In this document: in pieces, positions 1-12,357 of the stretch | How the letters are laid out: every line of letters starts with the position of its first letter | Numbering within the stretch: the first letter of the stretch is position 1 | DNA from: Octopus bimaculoides | Lineage: Eukaryota | Assembly (NCBI RefSeq): GCF_001194135.2 | Contig: NC_068987.1 | Span: forward strand, 106,368,376 to 106,411,279 | DNA length: 42,904 nt | Reading direction: 5' to 3' | Program-made: the position numbers and the translations under genes | The notes under the pieces: model-generated | Database searches by the model: none | What the model was told of the DNA's origin: nothing | What the model saw: only the letters and a program-made list of their open reading frames with translations

Positions 1-2
1 TT

Positions 3-338
3 TCTCTAAAAGAAATGGAAAAACTTTCAAAATACAAAGACCTGGAAATATAGGTAACTCGAATGTGGAGTCTAAAAACAGAAACAATTCCCATCATAGT
101 AGGTGCCTTAGGTATAATAAAAAATATTCAGACAAATACATAACAAAAACACCAGGACTTACAAATATATATAACATACAGAAAATTACATTACTGGGCA
201 CTGCACACATCCTACGCAAAACACTTTCAATACAGTAACCATAAGAGCACCACAGCAAGCCACAGCACATACCCAAGGCGCACAGAGCTGCGCTCGGTAG
301 TGAAGTGAAAACACGTTATAAAAATAAAACTACTGAAC
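3..338 (+). mobile_element. 3' end of an RLE-type non-LTR retrotransposon (R4/Dong-like), pseudogenised
   Basis: Manual translation: SLKEMEKLSKYKDLEI*VTRMWSLKTETIPIIVGALGII-/-YSDKYITKTPGLTNIYNIQKITLLGTAHILRKTLSIQ*, the typical RLE C-terminus (K..KY.DL, P++GALG, LLGTA.ILRK). TAG at 51-53, 1-nt frameshift in the A-run 119-124, stop 236-238, ~100-nt 3'UTR, then (AAT)n at 339-360. Confidence 0.85.
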
Positions 339-371
339 AATAATAATAATAATGATAATATACAGTAGTCA

Positions 372-491
372 GTCACCGAAAATGAGAACTGCAAAATCTT
401 GTGGGATGTAGTGACCAAGTGCAATCACCTAACCAGACATAAGAAACCAGACTTTGTTGTGGTGAATAAAAAAGAAAGAACATGTACGATT
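372..491 (+). mobile_element. Second, internal RLE fragment of an R4/Dong-like element
   Basis: Translates VTENENCKILWDVVTKCNHLTRHKKPDFVVVNKKERTCTI, matching the EN...KILWD...PD.VV..K motif at the start of the RLE domain. Confidence 0.7.
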
Positions 492-1089
492 TCATGCAGG
501 ACGTGCAGGAATTTGGGTTGGGAGTGACAGTCAGTGATACCAGTCATAAGAACTGATCACCGTTTCCGCTAATGATATCCCCTAATTATCCCGAATGGAT
601 AAAAACCAAAACTGATCCTGATGAAATTTGAACAGAAAAGGTAAATATTTCTATAAAATTCTACAAGGTATTCTTGCTCGATGTTCTAATAATTCTGCTA
701 TCAAACACATTAATGATCTTTAGGTTACAGAAAACCTAGTATCTTACTGGTACTTTCTTTCTTCGAAATAATGAAAGCAGAACGTAACGTCTAGAATTCC
801 TCAAGGTCTTTTTACGATGCTATCCCTGTTTGTTTCTTTTGTCATTAATGTCTGTTTCTTTTGTCATTGAATACTGAGGTGGTTGTGAGGTGTGCTAAAA
901 ATAAAAGCTAAATAAGATTTTTGAGATAAATCTTTAAATTAAAGTTTATTTGTCAACATCACGCACAGAGATTTAAAACTAACTGTTTTTCTCTTTTAAA
1001 TTAACATAAACATTTGTTTACATGAAAGAAAATTACCGGAGACATAACGCGTGTTATTTAGAAATATTGATAACACGTGCTATTTTCAG

Positions 1090-1155
1090 GATATTGACGA
1101 CAAAATATGCAGTCACACTCAAAATGGCAGCTTCCAAATCCTGTTTCCTGACTAG
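1090..1155 (+). other. Candidate spliced exon
   Basis: Acceptor tattttcag (AG 1088-1089), donor TAG|gtgaaa, ATG in strong context (aaaATGg) at 1124. Confidence 0.3.
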
Positions 1156-1319
1156 GTGAAAATGATCAAACTTTTAACGTCTATAACATTTTAAAAACAT
1201 TTAACTAGAAAAAATGAAATAACTCCAGCAATTCATTTTGGGTAAGTGCATTACTGTGCCAAATGAAAAAAAATTCGGTAAACTTTAATTTCTGGAGCCA
1301 CTAGCAACTAAACAGAAAA

Positions 1320-1392
1320 GATCTCAGAAAGGTAAGTCGGAAGAAATATGCCGCTAAGCATTTTTTCCTGTGCGTTAACGATTCTGACAGCA
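1320..1392 (-). mobile_element. SINE family A remnant (5' head)
   Basis: gaaatatgccgctaagcatttt...gttaacgattctgacagc matches the heads of better-preserved copies such as 28318-28538. Confidence 0.55.
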
Positions 1393-2005
1393 CATTGCTT
1401 TTGAACGTCGTAATATAAACAATAATAGATTTGAGAATCTTTAAATGCGTTTAATATGTTTTATAAAAGCTTATATGTACACAGATTAGATTCAGTGTAG
1501 AAATCAGATGAAAGAAATTCCTATCTATTTACAAATTTGATACGCAAAACTAGAAACGAACGAATTATAACTACATATAAAGCAGAAAGCAGCAGTATGA
1601 TGATAAACAAATATACATATGCGCTTACAAATATGTATGCGTTTCTGTGTGTGTGTGTGTGTGGTTTATATACTCGAGAACTCTATGCTAACATTTATTG
1701 TTTTGAAAGAAGCTGAATTAGAAAACCAGTGAGTTGATGAGCCAAAGTAAATAAAGGTGGAAAAGTAGAATCAAATACCTAACTAAACAAAGCAACTGAA
1801 ATCTTAGAAAAGCAAACTGGGAGGTATTACTGAAAGGAATACTCTATTATGTAGGATTACAAATCTACAGAAGAATTCAAAAGCGGACCCAGGAAATAAC
1901 GTTTTAAAATCTGTAATTAGACGTTAAGATTTAATAGTCTCACAAAAGTATAAATCTGCTTCTAGATAGATGGCATGAAATATGACACTATTCAACACAT
2001 TCTGA

Positions 2006-2047
2006 TCGTTCTCTCTCTCTCTCTTCATCTCTCTCTCTCTCTCTTCA

Positions 2048-2088
<41 letters not shown>

Positions 2089-2260
2089 CCATCTGTCTGT
2101 CTATCGGTCTGTCTATCAGTCTGTTGCCTATCTCTTTATCTGTCTGCCTCTCTGTCTACTTGTCTGTTTGCCTGTCTGACTGTCCGTCTGCCCCCCCCCC
2201 ACTCTCTCTGGCTTTCTCCATGTATCTATCAATCTATCTATCTGTCGATCTGTCTATGTC
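2006..2260. repeat. Compound microsatellite (CT)n/(CTAT)n/(CTGT)n
   Basis: Seen directly; explains ORFs 1975..2298 and 2124..2342. Confidence 0.95.
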
Positions 2261-2464
2261 TCTCTCCGTGTGTGCTTATGTATATGTGTTTATACTGATT
2301 CAATTTCTCAAATACAACAATTTCTGTAAAAACGTTTTCTAATCTATTTAATGTAATATATTATACAGACTTACACAGTAACCAAATTTTTGTAATATGA
2401 TGTGATTTGACAAAGACAAACCAAGACGTACATGTTAGATGTAGATATAATCACCCAGACGGAA

Positions 2465-2465
2465 A

Positions 2466-2519
<54 letters not shown>

Positions 2520-2911
2520 TACACACACACACACATACACACACACACGCAGACATACACACACAGACGCACACACGCACACTCATACACACATACATGC
2601 ATATATGATCACCGAGTAATATGTAGGTAGTATGTGGTTTGTGTGGCTATCACAAAAGTGTCTCGTTATATAGCATGCTGGATGTCATTATTTAAAATGT
2701 CGATATTGTGGGCAACTCATTTTGTATTTTCGCAGCTCTTTACTAATTATGTAATGAGCAACATATTTATTCATAGTTACATAGATACATAAATACATTC
2801 ATTTATACATAGATACACACACACGCACACACACATACACATACATACACACACACTTGTATGTATATATAGGTATGTATGTATTTATACGTGTGTGTGT
2901 GTGTACATATG

Positions 2912-2962
<51 letters not shown>

Positions 2963-3020
2963 GGACAGACAGATCAATCGATAGATAGATAGATAGATCG
3001 ATAGCTAGCTAGATAGATAC
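2465..3020. repeat. (CA)n, (TACA)n and (GATA)n microsatellite tracts
   Basis: (CA)n ~2465-2600; (GATA)n from 2912. Confidence 0.95.
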
Positions 3021-3064
3021 ATAAAATCTATGAGTTATAAATAATGCAGGCAGTGATATATAGG

Positions 3065-3784
3065 CAGGGATATTATTAAATTGCAATATTATATTCTCAT
3101 ATCAATCACTTTGCCAATGAATTTCGGAAAGGAGTCGAGCTAAACTAGACAATCAGCAAAACCCCAAAGAAGCTGAAATGAATAATGTGGCGTTATGTCT
3201 TTTCCACAGGGGAATGAAATCGGTACATCTCACCCGTGGATCTCACGGCTGTTGTTCAGAAACGGAACGAAATCTTCCAGGTAGGAGCCCAGGGATAAAA
3301 TTCTCGTGGTTCATTGGAGGTAAGCTCACTGGGTGAAGAGTAAAGGCCACCAACCACGGCATAGAACATGTAGGTCAACAGTGACAGCAAGTAGAATAGA
3401 GATCTGGAGGAAGTTAAGAAAGGCTGGTGTACGGTGGCAGAAGGTGAATTATAAAAACAAACACTCACCCACTTCCCGAAACGTGAATGGTGGCCTCTCG
3501 TCTTCAGCCAAGAAGCTTAACTCCAATGAACCACGAGAATTTTATCCCTCGGCTCCTACCTGGAAGATTTCGTTCCGTTTCTTAACGACAGGCGTGAGAT
3601 ACACGGATGAAATGTATCGATTTCATCCTCCTTTGGAAAATACATAACGCCACATTATTCATTTCAGCTTCTTTTTCTTTTGTTATTTGCTGAGTGTCTG
3701 GATTAGTTCAACTCCTCTCTAAAACTCATTGGCAAAAGAACTGATATGAGAATATAATATTGCAATTTAATAATAATATCTCTG
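3065..3784. repeat. Long inverted repeat (foldback): arms ~3065-3358 and ~3482-3784, 123-bp spacer
   Basis: Arms align as reverse complements: 3166-3198 vs 3642-3674 is perfect (33 bp); 3258-3319 vs 3521-3582 has 1 mismatch in 62 bp. ORFs 3256..3468(-) and 3333..3647(+) share NEPREFYP.APTWKISFRF for this reason. Confidence 0.95.
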
Positions 3785-3870
3785 TGAGCAGGTAAACTTT
3801 GTTGCATTCTGTAACGCTGTATTTATGTTGAGCAAGATTACTAACCACTCATGTACACTTATTTTTCCAG

Positions 3871-3958
3871 CCCTACCGTTTCCTGGCATGATATAATCAT
3901 CAGATGTATTAAAAAGCATCATATCCGTTATCTACCTCAAGTCGCTGAGTGACGTTCG
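3871..3958 (+). other. Candidate spliced exon (88 nt)
   Basis: Branch consensus TACTAAC at 3839-3845, pyrimidine tract, ccag acceptor (3869-3870), donor CG|gtgagt. One frame reads PTVSWHDIIIRCIKKHHIRYLPQVAE* (stop 3950-3952). Confidence 0.5.
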
Positions 3959-5281
3959 GTGAGTAATGTGGAAATACAGCTGATATCAATAATTATTTTT
4001 TCCATAACAATAATAGTCTTTACGCATATAAACATACAATGGAAATCCTCACAGTTTCGTTGTAACAAATATCACTCACAAAGATCAATTGTTGCGAAAA
4101 TTCGATCTTATCTGATACACTCGTTCACAGTTTTACGTCGGGGAATCGCAAACTGAACAACAGGGAGGCAACAAGAACACCTTTCTCAGTCAGTCTTGTA
4201 AGCTTTATACATTAGTAAGTGAAAGGGCGCGAAGATAATCTGGCATGCGCTGTCTGATTCGACCTTTGAAGATTCCCCCACTGTCGCAAAACAAACTGCA
4301 CATGTCAATGTATAACGAACATATAAGAATTTATAGATTTCTACGTTAAGGAATATATATATATTTTGATAGCAAGAATCTAGTCAACTGAAGATGGACA
4401 TCTAATTCTCATTTTGTATATTATGGACTGACTCCATCCGATTATGTGGTGTTTTCGGCAATTTTCATGTATTAGGTCGTCAAGTAAGAAATTTGTAGTA
4501 AGGTATAGGATAGTATAACGTATAGGACAGCTACTCATTTTGCGCCATTATTATATTTTGACAATCTTCATTTTTTGTTAGACTGCTGACGCACCTATTT
4601 GTTTATTCTAACTTATTTTGCGACCTTATACCTTAGTGCTATGTCGAGTAAAGTCATGTGCATAAAATTAGGTTCTCAGATACTGTTTATAATAACTGAT
4701 AGATTGCATCTGTAATTAGTAGGTCCGGCAATCGAACTCTTTATTGATTACGGATAAAAATTGCGTTAAAATTTCACGTTTCTGTGATTTCGCAGCTACT
4801 TACATATTAATTCAACAGACTTGTAGCTCAGTTAATCAAACAACCGATAATTCTTCGCGGAAATTGACGGAGATCCGCGTGTACATCTGTATACAATATT
4901 CTCTGTATGAGAAGGTATGTATTCCCATACACATTCAGAGAAACGACAAGAATGAAAAGAAAAGCTAACAATTCATTGTTTGTGTCCTATGTGTGATATA
5001 TGACTCGCAATAGAATAGACTTTATGCAACATAAAAATCACCTATCAGAAACGCACACATATACACACTCTCATATGCTCAGACACACAAATACTTACAC
5101 TCATACACATTATAAAGCATCCTCGTAGACATAACTACATACATACATACGTACATACATATACACACTCACTGGCACACGCAGTCTTTAATGGAAGTCA
5201 TTGTTGTCGTCAGTCACTACATGAGATATCATTTCTGCTTCGTTCTATTGTCTTCCCTTTTGATATCCGTCAGCTAATTCC

Positions 5282-5334
5282 CACTTCCGTTGTAAAGAAT
5301 TTCCCCAGTGATCGCTTCACAAACGTCACTTCCG
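5282..5334 (-). promoter_or_regulatory. Paired ETS motifs, one an ETS-CRE composite (possible promoter/enhancer)
   Basis: Minus strand CGGAAGTG at 5282-5289 and CGGAAGTGACGT at 5323-5334. Motif match only. Confidence 0.3.
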
Positions 5335-5835
5335 CCCGAACATTATCTCAATTTCATTTAAAAACCTTTGATCTGTTCACTATTCACTCAATCAATTCAC
5401 AATTGACATCTACGTTCTCTGTTCTTTTCATTTGTTTTGCAGGGATATTATTTTTCTTAATTTAGTGTTTGTGTTTAAATCTATTTCTTTTATTCTGTCG
5501 TGTCTTTTTTCTCTTCTCTTCTCTTCTAAACTGACGTGTGATTTTTCTCACAGATACTCTTATTTTCCACGCTTTGTTCTTCGTTTTCTACTTTGTCTTC
5601 TATTACTTCATGTTTGTGTATGTCCATTGATGACTGCATGCATTTGTGTCTGTATGCATTTAATTAATTGCAGTGAAGTTACAACGAATGGGATATGTTA
5701 TATATTTTAGCTTCATATATACATATTTTAAATATATAATACAGCCACAGACTGGTGTGGTATATTTATTAGAAGCAACGAGAAAGATTACGTACGAGAC
5801 GTTAACTCCTAATAAGTGAATATATATACATATAT

Positions 5836-5889
<54 letters not shown>

Positions 5890-6142
5890 CTGTTGAAATA
5901 CAACCATAACTCACCTTTACATTGCTCTTTCACCTTAGTACATTATCTTTAATCATATTATTACACTGGATGTTGTTTTTTCTGTCTTATTCATTGCTTC
6001 CTCCACTTTTTTCACGTAAATATATTTATGTTATATTGGCAAAATTAATATTTCCTAATTTAGTGAAACTGGTTTCCGTAAATTGATATCAAATCATTAT
6101 TTAATGGTAATTTCAGTTATTATATTCGACAATAATTTGTAT

Positions 6143-6863
6143 NNNNNNNNNNNNNNNNNNNNNNNNNNNNNNNNNNNNNNNNNNNNNNNNNNNNNNNNNN
6201 NNNNNNNNNNNNNNNNNNNNNNNNNNNNNNNNNNNNNNNNNNNNNNNNNNNNNNNNNNNNNNNNNNNNNNNNNNNNNNNNNNNNNNNNNNNNNNNNNNNN
6301 NNNNNNNNNNNNNNNNNNNNNNNNNNNNNNNNNNNNNNNNNNNNNNNNNNNNNNNNNNNNNNNNNNNNNNNNNNNNNNNNNNNNNNNNNNNNNNNNNNNN
6401 NNNNNNNNNNNNNNNNNNNNNNNNNNNNNNNNNNNNNNNNNNNNNNNNNNNNNNNNNNNNNNNNNNNNNNNNNNNNNNNNNNNNNNNNNNNNNNNNNNNN
6501 NNNNNNNNNNNNNNNNNNNNNNNNNNNNNNNNNNNNNNNNNNNNNNNNNNNNNNNNNNNNNNNNNNNNNNNNNNNNNNNNNNNNNNNNNNNNNNNNNNNN
6601 NNNNNNNNNNNNNNNNNNNNNNNNNNNNNNNNNNNNNNNNNNNNNNNNNNNNNNNNNNNNNNNNNNNNNNNNNNNNNNNNNNNNNNNNNNNNNNNNNNNN
6701 NNNNNNNNNNNNNNNNNNNNNNNNNNNNNNNNNNNNNNNNNNNNNNNNNNNNNNNNNNNNNNNNNNNNNNNNNNNNNNNNNNNNNNNNNNNNNNNNNNNN
6801 NNNNNNNNNNNNNNNNNNNNNNNNNNNNNNNNNNNNNNNNNNNNNNNNNNNNNNNNNNNNNNN
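6143..6863. other. Assembly gap (N)
   Basis: Run of N followed by (TA)n(TG)n. Confidence 1.
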
Positions 6864-6955
<92 letters not shown>

Positions 6956-7468
6956 GACTTCAGTGCTATTAAACCTGTCTCTATTTTCGAATACCCATTC
7001 GTCTTATTTTTTTATAATTAATTATGTTTTTAATTATTATGCGCAGTAGGAACACATTTTCTTTTCCAGTGGGTTCTCTTATAAGAACACAAGAACATTG
7101 CAAAGATAGCGTCTATTTAAATAAGAGTAATAGCCTTTTCTAAATTTGTCATAAAATCAGCAGTTTTCAGGTGAAGGGGCTAATTTATTTGATCGCTTCG
7201 AAAAAATGAAATGCAAAGTTGAATTTCAGAATTTTAAATCAGTACATAGAGATGGGCGCCATCACTGGCAAACGTCCCGTGTTTGACGCGCACACGCAGC
7301 ACGTTGAAATGTTTAACGTTGAACGGAGCACCACGTGAACAACGGACTGAGTATGTGTATTTACTAAACAAGCTCAACAGACCCTTTTCCTTATCTGGTG
7401 CACGTTCTCATCAACGCTGCTCTCGAAATTTCGATGTTTGTTGAAACCAGTGAAACAATGATATCAAA

Positions 7469-7672
7469 GGTCGGCACAAAGCCAAAAGGTTTGGCGGACG
7501 GGGTAAGTCGATTTCATCGAACCCAGTGCACAACTGGTATTTATTCTATTGATCCCGAATGCATGAGAGGCAAAGTGGACATGGTCGGAATTTAAACCCC
7601 AAAGAAAGAACGGACAAAATACCGCGAAGCATTTTCTCGGGCATGGCGACGCTTCAGCCTGCTCGCCGCCTT
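7469..7672 (-). mobile_element. tRNA-derived SINE family A, diverged copy
   Basis: Matches 7682-7894 and 28318-28538 along its length (cccagtgcacaactggta...gcaaagtggac...ctcgccgcc). Confidence 0.85.
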
Positions 7673-7681
7673 TAATATCCA

Positions 7682-7894
7682 TTTCTATTGTAGGAACAAG
7701 GCCCGAAATTTTGAGGGGGGGGGGCAATCGATTACATCGAACCCAGTGCGCAACTGGTACTTAAATTATCGACCCCGAAAGGATAAATGGCAAAGTCGAC
7801 CTCTCGTGGAATTTGAACTCAGAACGCAGCGGCAGACGAAATAACGCTAAGCATTTCGCCCGGCGTGCTAACGTTTCTGCCAACTCGCCGCCTT
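7682..7894 (-). mobile_element. tRNA-derived SINE family A
   Basis: Minus strand aaggcggcgagttggcagaaacgttagc (A-box-like)...gagttcaaattcc (B-box-like)...gtcgactttgcc...ccttgttcctacaatagaaa. Confidence 0.9.
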
Positions 7895-8228
7895 AGTAGA
7901 GCCATACTATCAACGTAACAAGAAAAAAAACCCCTTAAAGCACTGCAATATCAACTCAAACACATAAGAGTACCCTCCTCCAGTAAGGCATGCATTGAAG
8001 GATCTCAATTTTATAGAAATCCATACGAATATATATGGGATGGGTCAAAAGATATGGTTCCGCATTACACCTTCTGTAATCTGATATATATTCTCTTTTG
8101 CTTCGTTTATCTTTTCTTCTTATATAATAATCTAAATATTTTTTGTTTTTGTACATTTTCATTGACTATTCTAATTTGCAATTGCTAGTTCATCATTACC
8201 CCTCTATCTCTCACCCCATGTCTCTCTG

Positions 8229-8309
<81 letters not shown>

Positions 8310-8506
8310 AAATATATAAAAACAAAAGGATAAAGAGAGCAATGGTAAGGTTGAAGAATTTTATGGATAGAGTCTTACAACTTATAAAACCCAATCCTGT
8401 TCATACAACGATTGAGGCAAACTAATCGGTATAGAGCACTTACACGGTATTACCTGTATCCTCCGGGGTTTGGTTAAATCCAATACCCTCCACAACCTTA
8501 TATATA

Positions 8507-8913
8507 NNNNNNNNNNNNNNNNNNNNNNNNNNNNNNNNNNNNNNNNNNNNNNNNNNNNNNNNNNNNNNNNNNNNNNNNNNNNNNNNNNNNNNNNNNNNNN
8601 NNNNNNNNNNNNNNNNNNNNNNNNNNNNNNNNNNNNNNNNNNNNNNNNNNNNNNNNNNNNNNNNNNNNNNNNNNNNNNNNNNNNNNNNNNNNNNNNNNNN
8701 NNNNNNNNNNNNNNNNNNNNNNNNNNNNNNNNNNNNNNNNNNNNNNNNNNNNNNNNNNNNNNNNNNNNNNNNNNNNNNNNNNNNNNNNNNNNNNNNNNNN
8801 NNNNNNNNNNNNNNNNNNNNNNNNNNNNNNNNNNNNNNNNNNNNNNNNNNNNNNNNNNNNNNNNNNNNNNNNNNNNNNNNNNNNNNNNNNNNNNNNNNNN
8901 NNNNNNNNNNNNN
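8507..8913. other. Assembly gap (N)
   Basis: Run of N flanked by (TA)n. Confidence 1.
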
Positions 8914-8922
8914 TATATATAT

Positions 8923-9104
8923 ATTGCCCACAGAGGGAAAAACAGAGGGGACAATCAAAGGGTTTAAGTCGACCCTAGTGCGTAATTGGTACTTATTTAA
9001 TTGACCCCTGAAAGGATGAAAGGCAAAGTCAACCTCGGCGGAATTTGAACTCAGAACGTAGCGATGGGTGAAATACCGCTAAGCATTTCGTCCGGCGTGC
9101 TAAC
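8923..9104 (-). mobile_element. SINE family A, tail type iii, head slightly truncated
   Basis: attgcccacagaggg...gaaaggatgaaaggcaaagtcaacctcggcggaatttgaactcagaacg...gtgctaac. Confidence 0.9.
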
Positions 9105-9749
9105 AATTATATAATCCCACTAATAAGGCAAAGAAACAATTTGATACATCTTAATGGTCAGTTACAATTGTTTCTGTTCCAACTCTGCATTCAAAACCAT
9201 GTTCGAAGTGAAAATTTAGTTAATATTTGCATATATTGTTACATAATAGGCTCGGCAAGCAGTGTTGCGCAAAAAAGAACAAGACATTTAAATCAGTTTA
9301 AGTATGTTTCAGTTATAAAAAGGCCTTATTCACTGTAGTTTTCTGTGGACAAAGATTCACGCATATTTATAAGACTGTTTAAATATATGTTTGCATGTAT
9401 GTATGTATGTATGTATGCATGTAGGATGTAGCGTTTCATACACATTTGTTAGGAGTCAAGATTTTCAAGTAAGGTGAGCTTTAAAAGATTTCTATTGAAA
9501 TATATTCAGATTTGTAGACTCCGCCATCTTTCGTAATATCAAACGCTTGGAGCAGTTTGATTTGTTAATCGTCGATTTCCTGTCAAGGAGATACTTTAGC
9601 GACATTTCTTCCTATGTTATCGCATATGTGTTTAGGCGTGCGTGCGTGTGTGTGTATGTGTGTGTAGACTCAGTCATATACACCGAAACACCGACACACG
9701 TGAAACATATGCCAGTGAATTCTTACACACACGTGCACACACGCTGTCT

Positions 9750-10108
9750 CCCCGCATATATACACATATATACCTTTATATATATACACACACACAAATA
9801 TATATATATATAGATATTTGTATATATATATATATATATATATACAATTTATTTATACATATGTATATATATGTGTGTGTGTATGTATGGACATATATAT
9901 ACACATGTGTGTGGGTTTGAGTGTCTCTGTGTATTGTGTGTGTAGGAACTCACACTTAGGTGTTATATAGTATATGCGTATGAACACATCCATAAATTTT
10001 GGAAGTTAGATGCGTAGTTATATGCCTACAGATACATGTACGTGTGTCCATGTAATGTCATTTTATTTAGATGTCATCCGTATATGTGTATATGTCTATA
10101 CGTCCATC

Positions 10109-10141
<33 letters not shown>

Positions 10142-10197
10142 AATATATATATATGTATATATAAATATATGCATATACCTTCCTACATACATATATA

Positions 10198-10250
<53 letters not shown>
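9750..10250. repeat. (TA)n/(CA)n/(TG)n microsatellite mosaic
   Basis: Seen directly. Confidence 0.95.
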
Positions 10251-10253
<3 letters not shown>

Positions 10254-10673
10254 AACGTAGAACTATGATAATACTTATGATCACACACAACCTAGCGTTT
10301 AATCCATCTCGAGATATATTTCTTTGTTACGCTGTGTTCGCGAAAACATTTCAGTTCGATGTTAAGAGATTAGCTTACTTTGAAACTAATTAAATCAGAG
10401 ACATTGACGTCAGTAACCTTACGAAATATTACCATGCATGCACTCAGACATTTCGCCTTTCGTTGCCGGGATGAGACCTTTCACTGGAGATGAGTCGATT
10501 TGATAATTAAAACGACTTCGCTGTTTTAATCATCAACTTGAAAAGCAGTTGTAGCGCTGGTGGCGGACATAAAATCCCTCGTCACCCGAAGACACCTCAC
10601 AACTTCTCTTTACATGATTAGCTGCAAGGTAAGTAGACAAGACAAGATGGAGAGATGCTTATCTATTGAGTTA

Positions 10674-10705
<32 letters not shown>

Positions 10706-10715
10706 NNNNNNNNNN
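10706..10715. other. Assembly gap (10 N)
   Basis: Between (CTAT)n and (GATA)(GA)n. Confidence 1.
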
Positions 10716-10758
<43 letters not shown>

Positions 10759-11360
10759 AAAGTTGAAGTAGAAAAACATTTTTATGTTCACATGTAATCG
10801 CATGTTTGTTGTAAAAAAATACGCAGTATTTATATATATATATGTGTATATTTATTTCTGTATATATGTGTGTGTTTGTGTGTGTCTGTTTCTGTGTGTG
10901 CGCGAGTATATATACTCACATAGACATATACATTCATATATATGAGTCTTTTTGTGTATGTTTATATGTGTCTCCATATGTGAACATTGAATGATCTCGA
11001 AGTAATCAAGGTGAAATCAGTACACATTGTAGAGTAAAGTGTCCATTGTCCCTGGATGTTTATGATCGGTATATGATTTCATAGCATTGCAATTTTCAAT
11101 CGAATACTATCACTACTCGTTACTTGTGGTGTATTTATAATTATTGGCGTAGGTGTGCTCCAAAGAATTTTCTAAATTTTCTAAATCTCCAACATTCTAT
11201 CTAAAAAGTAAATAAGCTTGCTCTTCATTTGGGAAATAAACGATAGAGAAGTGATATTAACCGACAGAACACTTTCAACTATTTACTTGATCATATAGCT
11301 TGTGTTTTTAAACAGCAAGAACCGTATCATTTAAATTGCGAGCATCTACATGTATGTATG

Positions 11361-11410
<50 letters not shown>

Positions 11411-11411
<1 letters not shown>

Positions 11412-11813
11412 TTTTATTCTTTTACTTGTTTCAGTCATGTGGCCATGCTGGAGCACCGCTTTTACTTGAACAAATCGACCCCATGACTTAACATTTGTAA
11501 GCCTAGTACTTATTCTATGTGTCCCTTTTACTGAACCGCTAAATTTCGGGGACGTAAACACACCAACATCGGTAGTCAAGCGATGGTGGGGAGACAGACG
11601 CAGACACACAAACATGCACGTACACACACACACATACACACACGCACACACATACATATATGACGGGCTTCTTTCAGTTTCCGTCTATCAAATCCACTCA
11701 CAAGGCTTTGGTCGGCCCGAGGCTATAGTAGAAGACACTTGCCCAAGGTAGCATGCAGTGGGACTGAACCCAGAACCATGTGGTTGGTAAGCAAGCTACT
11801 CACCATACAGTCA
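11411..11813 (-). mobile_element. tRNA-derived SINE family C (CORE-like), near full length
   Basis: Minus strand head gtgactgtatggtgagtagcttgcttaccaaccacatggttctgggttcagtcccact (B-box-like GGTTCAGTCCC), then ccttgggcaagtgtctt (CORE-like), internal (TG)n, tail ...gaaacaagtaaaagaataaaagaa. Confidence 0.85.
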
Positions 11814-12357
11814 CATATATATCTATATAAACTTAGATATATTTCGACCAAAGAGTGGTCCAGGCTATATATATATAAAATGTTCGTATTTTGAACCCGG
11901 TAATGTGGAATTGAACTTTTTAATCAGTCGTTCAAGCCTCAAAATATATGATATGTTTATCAATATACTAGTATCATCTAATAATAGGAAATAATTCAAC
12001 GGAGTGTATGTCAACTTTTATCCTTCAGGCGAATTTCATTAATCTTAGAAACGACATCACGAATCAATTTTGTCAAACTTAACTGGAATGTATTTCGAAA
12101 GAACGAAAAATATTTGTTGCAATTCTATTATCAATAGTGATTTCCTGTCTATACTCTGGGTTCGACGCTTTTGAGGCTTCTTAGCCATTAAGCTATTCAT
12201 TAATGACAGTAGATATGAGAAAATCTGTATTACAGGAGACGAGAGATTTTGTAACATTTGCATACGTCGTTCATGTTCTGAAATACATGGCGACAACAAC
12301 AATTTTTGGTGAAGAGTTGATGTCAAGTAGTGTGTCAACGAAATAATAATAGTAAGT

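Noticed and set aside
3108-3160. Ghost hammerhead in the first foldback (tttgc-CAATGA-stem-...ctagac...gcaaa)
   Set aside because: Core has two or more mismatches, GAAA and the cleavage triplet are absent in both arms, and orientation is opposite to the other two elements.
7250-7460. CpG-rich patch with short open frames
   Set aside because: No recognisable product; splice sites weak on both strands.
8340-8500. Segment with gttgtaagact (- strand) resembling the 23-kb HHR unit
   Set aside because: Only a short match, no recoverable core, and truncated by a gap.
9521-9530. YY1-like AAGATGGCGG / possible start codon on -
   Set aside because: The frame closes after 11 codons and there is no supporting promoter or splice context.
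10676-10725. (CTAT)n and (GATA)n inverted around a 10-N gap
   Set aside because: Probably a scaffolding join, so the apparent palindrome cannot be trusted.
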